Assembly (NCBI GenBank): GCA_964578255.1
Contig: CAZOCC010000035.1
Coordinates: 6,262-70,261 of the forward strand
Direction of reading: 5' to 3'
DNA length: 64,000 bases
Origin: an uncultured Dehalococcoidia bacterium
GTDB taxonomy: Bacteria > Chloroflexota > Dehalococcoidia > Lucifugimonadales > UBA2985
Shown here: positions 38,554 through 47,726 of the stretch, one piece after another
How the letters are laid out: the number at the start of each line of letters is the position of its first letter
How positions within the stretch are numbered: position 1 is the first letter of the stretch
Program-made: the position numbers and the translations under genes
The notes under the pieces: model-generated
The model's input: the letters and a program-made list of their open reading frames with translations, nothing else
Databases searched by the model: none
Told to the model about the DNA's origin: nothing

Positions 38554-38592
38554 GATGACCAATCACTGGCTTTCACTTAAGCGTTGGTCATC
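38554..38592. repeat. 9-bp perfect inverted repeat with 21-nt spacer
   Basis: GATGACCAA (38554-38562) and TTGGTCATC (38584-38592), just 3' of rnpB after a T-run. Confidence 0.6.
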
Positions 38593-38651
38593 GATTGTGG
38601 CCATTCTAATATGACACACGAATATCGCTCAGTATAGAAAATATTCCTACT

Positions 38652-39464
38652 ATGACTAGTGACAACGAACAACTGACTGATGATCTTAACGAAGAAACCA
38701 TTATCAGGCGCCTGTCCGCATCTGACCTTGTGCGCAATATTGTTTTTTATCCCAATGTTCAATCTACAATGGACGAGGCACGCAGGTTTGCTTTATCTGA
38801 TGCTCCGGAAGGCACATTGGTTGTTGCTGATGAACAAACTTCTGGGAGAGGTAGGTTCAACAGGTCTTGGATTTCACCGCCAGGGGCGAATATTTATCTG
38901 TCTCTATTGTTACGTCCTCGTCCTAATATTGTTCCTCAGTTGACAATGGTGGCCTCTTTGTCATTGACTAAAGCAATCCGGTATTTCTTTCAGGTTCCAG
39001 GAGACATCGGTATAAAGTGGCCAAATGATGTTCGAATACTTGGTAGAAAAGTCGGTGGTATTTTAATTGAGAATTCCTTGGGAGGGGATATGTCCGACAC
39101 GTTTTCCGTAATCGGCATGGGTGTAAATGTGAATTTCGATCCCCAGCGGTATCCCGAAATCTCAGATGGTGCTACGAGTATGCAAAATTCTTTAGGATAT
39201 ACAATATCTAGGTTGGATTTACTTGAAAAATTGATTGAAAGCATTAACCAATTTTACAAGGAATTGAATAATGGCAAAAATTTGGTTCATGAATGGGCTG
39301 ACAACTCGGACACTCTTGGGAATAACGTACGACTTACCTGGGGACACCAGGTGTTTGAAGGTTTGGCAATTAGTTTGAATGAAGATGGGAGTCTGGTGTT
39401 ACAATCAGCCGATGGGTCCATCAGTGCTTTCCCATCAGGAGAGGTCAGTTTAACCCTAGAATAG
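38652..39464 (+). CDS. birA: biotin--[acetyl-CoA-carboxylase] ligase, class I (no N-terminal HTH)
   Basis: 270 aa with the GRGRFNRSW motif, KWPNDV, and a C-terminal SH3-like domain. Confidence 0.88.
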   Translation: MTSDNEQLTDDLNEETIIRRLSASDLVRNIVFYPNVQSTMDEARRFALSDAPEGTLVVADEQTSGRGRFNRSWISPPGANIYLSLLLRPRPNIVPQLTMVASLSLTKAIRYFFQVPGDIGIKWPNDVRILGRKVGGILIENSLGGDMSDTFSVIGMGVNVNFDPQRYPEISDGATSMQNSLGYTISRLDLLEKLIESINQFYKELNNGKNLVHEWADNSDTLGNNVRLTWGHQVFEGLAISLNEDGSLVLQSADGSISAFPSGEVSLTLE

Positions 39465-39541
39465 GTGGTCTAAACGAATTGGCTGTTCACATGTCTCCAT
39501 CTAATGCCTAAATGGCGATTATAAGTTGGCGGGACGTTTTA

Positions 39542-40492
39542 TTAAAAAGGCAGATATTCTCCAATACCTTTGGATATTGCAGATTCAAATACATGTGCGG
39601 CTACGGCAATGTCTTCTAGAGCTATCCCTTGTGATTCGAATAACGTAAATGATTCGGGATCATATAATCTATTGGAACCGGTGTTCGCAATTAATTGGCC
39701 TAGTTCTATTACAGAATCCCATTTCAAAATACCATTGGCCACCGGAATAACTAGGTCGGAGCACTCTATTTTTGCCTGTGCTATGTCATCTGCCACGATT
39801 AGGGAACAGAGACTTATCAACTGGTCGTCTACCTCTCTTCTATCAAGTGAATTTGCTCCTGCTGCGTTAACGTGTGTTCCAGCTTTCAGCCATTCCCCTT
39901 TGATCACGGGTTCCAGGGTTCTGACATTCGTTATCGCTATACATATATCAGTGTCTTGAACTGCAGCTTGCGCTGACTGGGCTGGTTCTATGCTTAATCC
40001 TAGGGCATTGCTCATATCTGAGCAGAACTTCTCTAGCTTTTCTTTCGTTCTGCTGTAAGCTTTTATTGACTTAATATTTCTTACAGAACAGACTGCTTCC
40101 AGTTGGGTTTTTGCTTGAAAGCCTGTGCCAACTATGCCTATGGAGGAAGCATCGGTTTTTGCCATGTATTTTGTGGCTAGTCCAGTGGCGGCACCAGTCC
40201 GTATTTGTCCAAGCATGCTAGCTTCCATAATAGCCAACAAGGTGCTAGGTTTCCCGCCGTATAAGCTCACTAAGGGTTTTCCTGCTCCCATAGTCTTGAA
40301 TCCGCTAAAACCGGTGTTCCCCATGACTGCTATCATCATGGTTATGCTAGTCCCATTAACCTGTGGTCTTTGCCGAGGTATATTTACAGCCAGTCCTGAA
40401 CCGTACGCTTGGAAACCCTGTTCTAATTTTTCTATTGCAACATTCATAGGAAGTAGTTCATTAACATGTTGGTCGGTAAGGAATATAGCCAT
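39542..40492 (-). CDS. ornithine cyclodeaminase/mu-crystallin family protein
   Basis: About 316 aa, with Rossmann GIVGTGFQA and family-typical N- and C-terminal patterns. ATG 40492 follows GGAG (ORF opens at GTG 40507). Confidence 0.8.
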   Translation of the reverse strand: MAIFLTDQHVNELLPMNVAIEKLEQGFQAYGSGLAVNIPRQRPQVNGTSITMMIAVMGNTGFSGFKTMGAGKPLVSLYGGKPSTLLAIMEASMLGQIRTGAATGLATKYMAKTDASSIGIVGTGFQAKTQLEAVCSVRNIKSIKAYSRTKEKLEKFCSDMSNALGLSIEPAQSAQAAVQDTDICIAITNVRTLEPVIKGEWLKAGTHVNAAGANSLDRREVDDQLISLCSLIVADDIAQAKIECSDLVIPVANGILKWDSVIELGQLIANTGSNRLYDPESFTLFESQGIALEDIAVAAHVFESAISKGIGEYLPF

Positions 40493-40708
40493 TTTGTAAA
40501 TCTCCACTTGTGTTCTGTCATTTTAGACAGTAGGAGTCATGCTAACAGAGAAATATTCGCAGTTCAATGCGGCTCGGAATAGCATGTTAGGAGCGTTTTT
40601 CGGTAGAATACATTGCATTGCCGTGAATCTTGTTGATTGATAATATCGTATGCGTGTAGGATTTACTAAGAATGTTTGACATCGTTGGTTGTCTTGAGGT
40701 TTTATTAT

Positions 40709-40897
40709 ATGAGTGATAATGATGTGCTGAGTTACGAGTTATTCTTGCAATTGGCGGAGCGTCATGGACTTGATATTACAGATCCCCATATAAGGACTTT
40801 GTTCCCAGAAGTTGCCGCAATGTTTAGACGTATTGCTAATTTGAAAGATGCTATAAAAGTCGAGGAAATGCACCCTAGAGCTGGAACTGGCCAATGA
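40709..40897 (+). CDS. small GatC/AtzG-like protein preceding an amidase
   Basis: 62 aa, MSDNDVLSYELFLQLAERHGLDITDPHIRTLFPEVAAMFRRIANL. GAGG SD. Lies 26 nt upstream of the amidase. The family call is inference. Confidence 0.5.
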   Translation: MSDNDVLSYELFLQLAERHGLDITDPHIRTLFPEVAAMFRRIANLKDAIKVEEMHPRAGTGQ

Positions 40898-40923
40898 TTT
40901 GTCTTAACGATGGAAGTGAATGA

Positions 40924-42339
40924 ATGGATGTTACAGACCTTACAGTTTATGAACTCAGTTGGTATCTTAAAAAGAAGGAATTATCACCTGTAGAATTGGC
41001 TGAAGCCTATATTAGCCGCATAAACCAACTAAATCCTTCCTTAAATGCATTTATTACAGTTTCAGCTGATCATGCTTTGAATTGTGCCCGGGCGGCCGAA
41101 AATGATATCATGCTTGGCCATTACAAAGGGTCTCTCCATGGAATACCGGTTGGATTGAAGGATTTGTTTTGGACTAAAGGTATTCCAACTACTTCAGGAT
41201 CTCTACTGAATGCTCATTTTATACCTGCCGAAAATTCCACTGTAGCCTCACGCATAGAAGATGCCGGTGGATATTGCATTGGAAAACTACACATGACTGA
41301 ATTCGCTTTTGATGGTACAAGCTTAAATCATCATTACGGTGTTGCCCGTAACCCATGGGACACTAGTCGTATGGCCGGAGGTTCTAGCAGTGGCCCGGGA
41401 GTTGCTGTCGCTAGTCATCAGGTCCCGATAGCCATCGGTACAGATACTGGAGGATCTGTTAGAGTACCAGCTTCATTGTGTGGTATTACTGCTATAAAGC
41501 CCACCTTTGGTTTAATTAGTAGATATGGTGCCACACCATTGTCATGGAGCATGGACCATGTTGGTCCTATGGGTAGAACTGTGCGGGATGTAGCTTTATG
41601 TCTAGATGTTCTTGTTGGTCATGATGTTAGGGATCCTGATTCGGTTAGATCTGAGAACTCACTATACTCATTGGCATTGGATAAAAGAATAGATAATTAC
41701 AGGATAGGCATACCTAAGGAATTCATATGGGATATTATGGATCCTGCGGTGAAGAGGATATTTGATGTGGCTGTATCAAATATGGAATCATTGGGCATCA
41801 AAGTTGAAGAGATTTCTGTGCCAGATCTAGGTTTAATAAATATGGCTGGTAGTGTGGTGCAGACATCAGAGGCAGCTGCTATTTATCGCAGTAGAGTTCT
41901 TGAATCCGGTGACCAATTTGATCCTGTAATAAGGTTAAGAATGGAAAGCGGTCTCTTCATATCGGCCGAGGAATACTTGCAGGCCCAACAATCTCGGAAC
42001 ATATTGAGAAATATGCTGCTCCAAGAATTGGCGGATTTCGATTTTATTATGACGCCTACTACTGCTATAGCAGCTCCCAAAATAGAACAGACCCAGACCT
42101 TATTGGACGGGCAACAAGTGCCTATACGAGAAGCCTTATTGAGGATTACACGCATCTTTAGTACGGTAGGGTTTCCTGCTATTTCAGTACCATGCGGTTT
42201 CACTGACGATGGCTTACCAGTTGGACTGCAATTTGTAGGAAAACCATTTTCCGATCATTCTTTATTGAATGTTGCCAATGTGTACCAGGAATCTAGCAGT
42301 TGGCACCTTAATACGCCAGCAATAGCGAACGTAACTTGA
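40924..42339 (+). CDS. amidase-signature (GatA-like) amidase
   Basis: 471 aa. Ser-cisSer-Lys triad context: GLKDLF, GGSSSGPG and GTDTGGSVRVPAS. Confidence 0.9.
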   Translation: MDVTDLTVYELSWYLKKKELSPVELAEAYISRINQLNPSLNAFITVSADHALNCARAAENDIMLGHYKGSLHGIPVGLKDLFWTKGIPTTSGSLLNAHFIPAENSTVASRIEDAGGYCIGKLHMTEFAFDGTSLNHHYGVARNPWDTSRMAGGSSSGPGVAVASHQVPIAIGTDTGGSVRVPASLCGITAIKPTFGLISRYGATPLSWSMDHVGPMGRTVRDVALCLDVLVGHDVRDPDSVRSENSLYSLALDKRIDNYRIGIPKEFIWDIMDPAVKRIFDVAVSNMESLGIKVEEISVPDLGLINMAGSVVQTSEAAAIYRSRVLESGDQFDPVIRLRMESGLFISAEEYLQAQQSRNILRNMLLQELADFDFIMTPTTAIAAPKIEQTQTLLDGQQVPIREALLRITRIFSTVGFPAISVPCGFTDDGLPVGLQFVGKPFSDHSLLNVANVYQESSSWHLNTPAIANVT

Positions 42340-42516
42340 ATGCAACATGGATTTGATATCGAAGGGTTATATTGATGTTCCAGTTGCAGGGGGGTGCTTC
42401 CATTGACGCAACCGTATTTCAGCTTATTGATGGAACTGTCATATCAATAACTTTCTATCGTGCATGAGGATATAGGCACTATTTCTTATACAGGGTATTT
42501 GAAATAATTACATATA

Positions 42517-42545
42517 TTGACCGTGCTTGTAGACAACAGTACACT
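42517..42545 (+). promoter_or_regulatory. candidate promoter upstream of the YhhQ-like gene
   Basis: TTGACC (42517-42522), 17-nt spacer, TACACT (42540-42545). These are the same hexamers as the rnpB candidate. Confidence 0.35.
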
Positions 42546-42601
42546 AATGGCTGCGCTGTATTTTTGCTTGGTAGCTAGCGTAATGTTAATCCGATACATG
42601 A

Positions 42602-43327
42602 GTGTTAAACCTTAGTACTACAACGAAACACAGATTCCACATGTCATACAATACTACAGGCCCAAAGATAACGAGTCTCTTCATTCTGTTCGCAGCACTT
42701 TTCGCTACTCTGTTGATTACGTCGAATATAGTTGCTGTGAAAATAGTCAATGTCTGGGGTCATATTGTGCCTGCAGCCGTCTTCTTGTTTCCTGCTACCT
42801 ATATTATTGGAGATATACTGACAGAAGTGTACGGGTTAAGGTTTGCGAGAAGGGTTATTTGGTTGGGGTTCTTATGTAATGTTGTGGCGCTAATAGGATT
42901 TTGGATCGGAGGAATACTGCCGGCGGCTTCTTTTTGGCAGGGTCAAGACTCTTATGATTCCATTTTGGGGAATACCCCACGGATAGTGATGGCATCCTTT
43001 GCCGGTTATCTTGCTGGCGAGTTACTCAATTCCATGGTACTTGCGAGGCTGAAAGTGTGGACTCGAGGGCGGATGCTTTGGATGAGGACTGTGAGTTCTA
43101 CTGTTGTTGGACAAGGATTGGACACCATTTTATTTATATGTATAGCTTTTATTGGGACTATGTCAAATAGTAACCTGATCGATTTAGTGATCACTCAATG
43201 GATTTTCAAGGTGATATATGAAACTCTTGCTACCCCTTTAACGTACATATTGGTGAACAAAGTCAAGGCTCATGAGGCTATGGATGTGTATGAAGACGAG
43301 TTTTCCGTCAATCCATTTTCCGTTTGA
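42602..43327 (+). CDS. yhhQ: queuosine-precursor transporter (YhhQ/DUF165, VUT family)
   Basis: Polytopic protein with ITSNIVAVK and FPATYIIGDILTEVYG motifs. Start is GTG 42602 or ATG 42641. Confidence 0.8.
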   Translation: MLNLSTTTKHRFHMSYNTTGPKITSLFILFAALFATLLITSNIVAVKIVNVWGHIVPAAVFLFPATYIIGDILTEVYGLRFARRVIWLGFLCNVVALIGFWIGGILPAASFWQGQDSYDSILGNTPRIVMASFAGYLAGELLNSMVLARLKVWTRGRMLWMRTVSSTVVGQGLDTILFICIAFIGTMSNSNLIDLVITQWIFKVIYETLATPLTYILVNKVKAHEAMDVYEDEFSVNPFSV

Positions 43328-43342
43328 ACATACGTAAGATTT

Positions 43343-44476
43343 ATGACCCGAAAAAACTCATGTCTCCTGCTATTTTTTCTGGCTATTCTATTATTGGGAA
43401 TCATTTTTTCTCCACAGATCAATGCATCTGCTAGGGCTATGGGCTTTGTCTTTCAGATTATCCCGTCGTCTCCAATTAGGCCTTTGGAATGGCTAACGCC
43501 ACAACCAATTTATGAAGAAGTGAGTTTTTATCAGAGTGGAGATAAAGGGATTGCTGACATATATAGGCCTAATGACGATGATGTACATGCTGGGGTGATA
43601 CTGTTCTTAGGGGTGAATCCGGCTGGCAATAATGATCCTAGGGTAGTTAGGTTGGCTGAAGGGTTAGCAAGGACTGGGCTGGTTGTGATGATTCCATGGT
43701 CTGATAGTATGAAAGAGTTTGTAATAGACCCTGGAGAGATTGATAATCTGGTATACGCTTTTCAATACTTGAGTAGTCTAAGTTATGTGGATCCAGAACG
43801 ACTAGGTATGGGAGGGTTCTGTGTTGGCGCCTCTATTTCTGTTGTAGCTGCCCAAGATGAACGTATCAAAGAAGCGGTAAAATTTGTGAATTTCTTTGGT
43901 GGTTATTATGATGCCAGGGACCTCTTGATTTCAGTTGCCAGTAACACCAGATTTTATGGTGCAGGGGAAAAGCATTGGATGCATAGTGACATGTCTCATC
44001 AGGTTTTGATCAACCATTTGTTGGACAATGTTCAGGATTTCGAAGAGAGGATGTTATTGGAACAGCATTTCTTGATGACGGACCGGCAAGTTCCATTGCA
44101 CATGAGTGAACTGTCTGAGAATGGGAATATAGTCTATAAACTACTCGATGAACCGTCGTTATCTGAGGCCCGAGATTTACTAGATAGGTTACCTCAGCAA
44201 TTTCGGGATGATCTACTCACAGTATCACCGTCTAATCATATAGGCGACTTGCAATCCCAGATGTTCATAATGCATGATTTCAATGATTCCAATGTTCCAT
44301 CTGAGGAGTCAAGAAGGTTATATAATTCTCTAGATAAAGAAAATGGTGTTCATTATTCCGAATTTCTACTTTTTGATCATATGGATCCTGACCGGTCATT
44401 AGGTTTTGTGGTTTGGTCTAAAGAGGTGTGGAAATTATATGTACATCTGTACCAGATAATGAAGATCTCATATTGA
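43343..44476 (+). CDS. alpha/beta hydrolase, dienelactone-hydrolase-like (Cys nucleophile elbow), N-terminal signal/TM
   Basis: 377 aa. Hydrophobic N-terminus. GGFCVGAS (G-x-C-x-G) elbow. Later Asp/His candidates (IMHDFND). Confidence 0.6.
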   Translation: MTRKNSCLLLFFLAILLLGIIFSPQINASARAMGFVFQIIPSSPIRPLEWLTPQPIYEEVSFYQSGDKGIADIYRPNDDDVHAGVILFLGVNPAGNNDPRVVRLAEGLARTGLVVMIPWSDSMKEFVIDPGEIDNLVYAFQYLSSLSYVDPERLGMGGFCVGASISVVAAQDERIKEAVKFVNFFGGYYDARDLLISVASNTRFYGAGEKHWMHSDMSHQVLINHLLDNVQDFEERMLLEQHFLMTDRQVPLHMSELSENGNIVYKLLDEPSLSEARDLLDRLPQQFRDDLLTVSPSNHIGDLQSQMFIMHDFNDSNVPSEESRRLYNSLDKENGVHYSEFLLFDHMDPDRSLGFVVWSKEVWKLYVHLYQIMKISY

Positions 44477-44666
44477 AGGAATGAGATTTATGTTATGAAA
44501 TATCTTACTTGAGGCCTACTCATATAGTTTCGTTTCATTAGGGATTTCACTAATTATTGCTGCAAATTGATATGCGTGAATAGGGGGTTACCTAATCTGC
44601 TATGGAATCTCCGACGAACTCGCAACAATTAGGGTTTTTCGGCAATTTATTAAGGTTACTGATTGA

Positions 44667-45107
44667 CTAGCCTATTATCTGAATTAAAACTGTCCGTGGT
44701 CTGGGCATGTCTAATTCAACAAGGAAAATGCGTTGCCACTGTCCAATCTGCAGATTGCCTTCAATAATAGGTATGTTTTCGCTGGAACCAAATAGCAGGT
44801 GTTGGCAGTGAGCATGGCCATTTGGGTATTCGTTGGCAGTCATGTTAACTGTGCGGATGGAGAAGTCATTATGGCGGTATGAGGCTGTCCGAGGTGATAT
44901 TCTTTCGATGAAATCCTCCATGTCTTGCAGAAGCAGAGGTTCATTTTCGTTAATCCTAATAGCAGCAGTAGTGTGTTTGGAATAAATTATTGCTAACCCA
45001 TCGGATATTTTTGACTGTCGGAGGAATTCCAGCACTTGGTCGGTGATATCAATGAACTCTGGCGCCTTACTGGTCTCTATATCAATCTGATAAGTTCGAG
45101 TTTCCAC
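44667..45107 (-). CDS. YjbQ/UPF0047 family protein (secondary thiamine-phosphate synthase-like)
   Basis: 146 aa with HTTAAIRINENEP, NGHAHCQHLLFGSS and GQWQRIFLVELD.PR motifs. Confidence 0.82.
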   Translation of the reverse strand: METRTYQIDIETSKAPEFIDITDQVLEFLRQSKISDGLAIIYSKHTTAAIRINENEPLLLQDMEDFIERISPRTASYRHNDFSIRTVNMTANEYPNGHAHCQHLLFGSSENIPIIEGNLQIGQWQRIFLVELDMPRPRTVLIQIIG

Positions 45108-45250
45108 GGTATCTCCCTATACGAGCGGATGCCCATTTTTGTGTCGATCGACGACCCACCGTAGCATAAGAATTCCAAAGTTTCAATATCCTGTCTATAA
45201 TGTGTTGTTTCTCTGCAGTGGTAGACAATAATGGAATGGTGGTTTGATAG

Positions 45251-46327
45251 TTATTGTTTCCTTGTTAAAAGGAAATGCACAAGTTCTTGGAATTCGTTTC
45301 TCAGGGCGATATCAATCTTGACATCTTCTAATGCTGAGATGGCATAAGTGGCTTGCTTTTCGGCAAGTTCCTTTACATAGCCAGCAGTACCAACTTGGCT
45401 CAGTATATCGAGTATTTCTTGAATGTCTTGATCAACCAAATGCTCTTTCTGATATAGTATCTTCAGCCTCTGCCTGGATACTGAATCAGCATGCTCTATG
45501 GCATGGACAATCGGCAAAGAATTTTTCTTCCTCATTATGTCGTTACCGATCGCTTTCCCAGTCTCTGATTCTGACCCCCATGTTCCCAGATAGTCATCTC
45601 GTACTTGGAAGACATAACCTAAGTATTCTCCACAATTAGCCAGTGCTTTTATGGTATCTTTATCCCCATGCCCAATCAACGCTCCGATGTTCATAGATGT
45701 TCTGATTAAGGCACCAGTTTTTTTCGATATCATATTTAAGTATTTAGACGTGTCTATATCTGTTCGACCTTCATATGAGAGGTCTAGAAATTGACCTTCA
45801 ACTGTTTCCAAATATCCAGCTGTAAGTAATCTACTGCAATTTGCTACCATCGCGTCGTCATCGCAATGTTTATTGAGTTGTTGAATAACTAGGTCTGCCA
45901 TTGTTCTCATTACGTTGCCAGCTTGTAGCGCTTTTGGTTTACCCCATAAAGCCCACAGTGTGGCTCTATGGCGCCTCTCTAAGTCATTGTCCTGAATATC
46001 GTCATGGATCAATGAGAAGTTGTGTACTAACTCAATGGCTGCGGCTGCAGGTAATATAGTTGGGATCGATCCGCCGACAGCTTTGCAAGCAAAAATGGAC
46101 AGTGAAGAGCGGAATCTTTTACCTTGGTTGGAAGAAATCGGATTACCGTATTCATCGGACATTCCGAGATGATATCTGAGCATGGTTTGAAGACCTTGAG
46201 ATTGGACATTTACTAAACCATCTAAAGCTTCTTCCACATCCTGACGATGATTACCTAAGATGGCAGGTCCATCCTCAGGTTGTATCCAAGGTAAGTCGCT
46301 GCTTATTTTAGGTTTAGCTCGGTCCAA
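45251..46327 (-). CDS. polyprenyl diphosphate synthase (trans-IPPS, GGPP/FPP synthase-like)
   Basis: 358 aa. First Asp-rich motif LIHDDIQDND and second VRDDYLG. TTG start, uncertain. Confidence 0.85.
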   Translation of the reverse strand: MDRAKPKISSDLPWIQPEDGPAILGNHRQDVEEALDGLVNVQSQGLQTMLRYHLGMSDEYGNPISSNQGKRFRSSLSIFACKAVGGSIPTILPAAAAIELVHNFSLIHDDIQDNDLERRHRATLWALWGKPKALQAGNVMRTMADLVIQQLNKHCDDDAMVANCSRLLTAGYLETVEGQFLDLSYEGRTDIDTSKYLNMISKKTGALIRTSMNIGALIGHGDKDTIKALANCGEYLGYVFQVRDDYLGTWGSESETGKAIGNDIMRKKNSLPIVHAIEHADSVSRQRLKILYQKEHLVDQDIQEILDILSQVGTAGYVKELAEKQATYAISALEDVKIDIALRNEFQELVHFLLTRKQ

Positions 46328-46351
46328 CCCGCCCCCTATCCCTGTTATATA

Positions 46352-46462
46352 AATATGACACAGATCCTAATCATATTAATATGGCTCTCCAACCTTGAAA
46401 TTTGGCTCGGCCATGCTAGCAAAGGATGCAATTAGTGTCAAGAATTATGACTGTGTCATATT
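46352..46462. repeat. 12-bp perfect inverted repeat flanking an 87-nt spacer
   Basis: AATATGACACAG (46352-46363) and CTGTGTCATATT (46451-46462), in the sbcD/polyprenyl-synthase intergenic region. Confidence 0.8.
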
Positions 46463-46471
46463 AGTTAAGCA

Positions 46472-47725
46472 TTATCGGGATTCACTGTCTAATTGTTCAT
46501 TGATGAGGTTTTCGCCGTAGCGCAGCAAGGTTTTGGTTCTTTCCTCTGTAGCACTGATAGTTTCTAAGTACAATTTCAGGGCATCTACTGGAGATATATG
46601 GTCTACTAGTGTGGGTGTTAGCCTTGTACGTCTGTCCCTAATCACTCTCCTTACGATCGGGGTTATGAAAAAGGCCTCCTCAAGGGCTGACCTTATTTCA
46701 TCTTCCCTTAAGAGATGTTCAATTGTCTGTGGCATATTAATTTCAATCCTAACTACCATACTATTTATATCTGTGTCGGCTATAGCCTTTAAGATACATT
46801 CAGTGGGATCTTGATTCTCCTCTGCTGTGACGGTGATGGTCTTGAACCTCCTGGTCTCTAGGGGATGAAATTCGAAATCCTTTACCCGTTGGCCTTGGGG
46901 TTGATGCGGATCTATGTCTATTAAACAAAATCCTTTCTCATCATTTTCTTCTCCGAAATCAATTCGTTCTATGCTGCCTGAATATACTATGTAAGGATTA
47001 TGGGAGAGTATTTGGTGTTTATGTATGTGTCCTAAGGCTACATAATCTAAGGATCGACTTGCTATACTGCTCTGTAGTATTAATGGATCCCTGCCAATCA
47101 CCATAGATTGTTCTGAGCTGGTTATCGCAGTATTTAGCGATGCATGAGCCACTATGGCTGCCGGAATAGATGGATCTAGTTGTTGTATGTTGGTATTAAT
47201 GAGGTCGGTGATTTTTTCTTGGATTCGTTGGTTAATCTGATCTATTGTCAAGTTCCTTGTTTCTTCTCTATCTAGAAATTCGCTTCTTCTAATCCAGGGG
47301 AGTGCTATTAATTGTATTGGTCCTCCGTTACGTGTCTGTACTGAGTAAGTTCCTAGACTGTCACCGATAGTTATATTGGGAACAGTTAGGGTTTTGAATA
47401 TGTCTAATGCGGTTGCTCTACTAGTAATATTTGGAAGGTCGTGATTACCAAGCAATAGGAACGCTGGCATCCCTTCCTGTGATAGTCTTGCTATCCTCTT
47501 TGCAAACTCCCGTTGATGGGTCTGAGATGGTTCCCTGCTTTTATAGGCGTCCCCTGCGAACAGCATCAGATCTACTTCTTTGTCTAGAGCGAAGTCTACA
47601 ATCATATCGAAGGTATTAAGAAAATCTATAAGGCGGGTGTTCAGGCCGGTATTTGAATCGGTTGATCCGTAATTCTCTACCCCTATATGGACGTCTGAGA
47701 AGTGTAGTATACGCATAGACTCCAC
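46472..47725 (-). CDS. sbcD: Mre11/SbcD-family nuclease (metallophosphoesterase)
   Basis: 417 aa with the MRILHFSDVHIG, GDAYK and LLGNHD phosphoesterase motifs. Start is GTG 47725 or ATG 47716. Confidence 0.85.
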   Translation of the reverse strand: MESMRILHFSDVHIGVENYGSTDSNTGLNTRLIDFLNTFDMIVDFALDKEVDLMLFAGDAYKSREPSQTHQREFAKRIARLSQEGMPAFLLLGNHDLPNITSRATALDIFKTLTVPNITIGDSLGTYSVQTRNGGPIQLIALPWIRRSEFLDREETRNLTIDQINQRIQEKITDLINTNIQQLDPSIPAAIVAHASLNTAITSSEQSMVIGRDPLILQSSIASRSLDYVALGHIHKHQILSHNPYIVYSGSIERIDFGEENDEKGFCLIDIDPHQPQGQRVKDFEFHPLETRRFKTITVTAEENQDPTECILKAIADTDINSMVVRIEINMPQTIEHLLREDEIRSALEEAFFITPIVRRVIRDRRTRLTPTLVDHISPVDALKLYLETISATEERTKTLLRYGENLINEQLDSESR

Positions 47726-47726
47726 G

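Noticed and set aside
42340-42640. preQ1 riboswitch upstream of the YhhQ-like transporter
   Set aside because: It was expected from biology, since queF and yhhQ are both present. However, I could not find the small P1 hairpin followed by the A-rich ...AAAAAACUA tail typical of preQ1-I, or any other class core, by eye. A covariance-model scan would be decisive.
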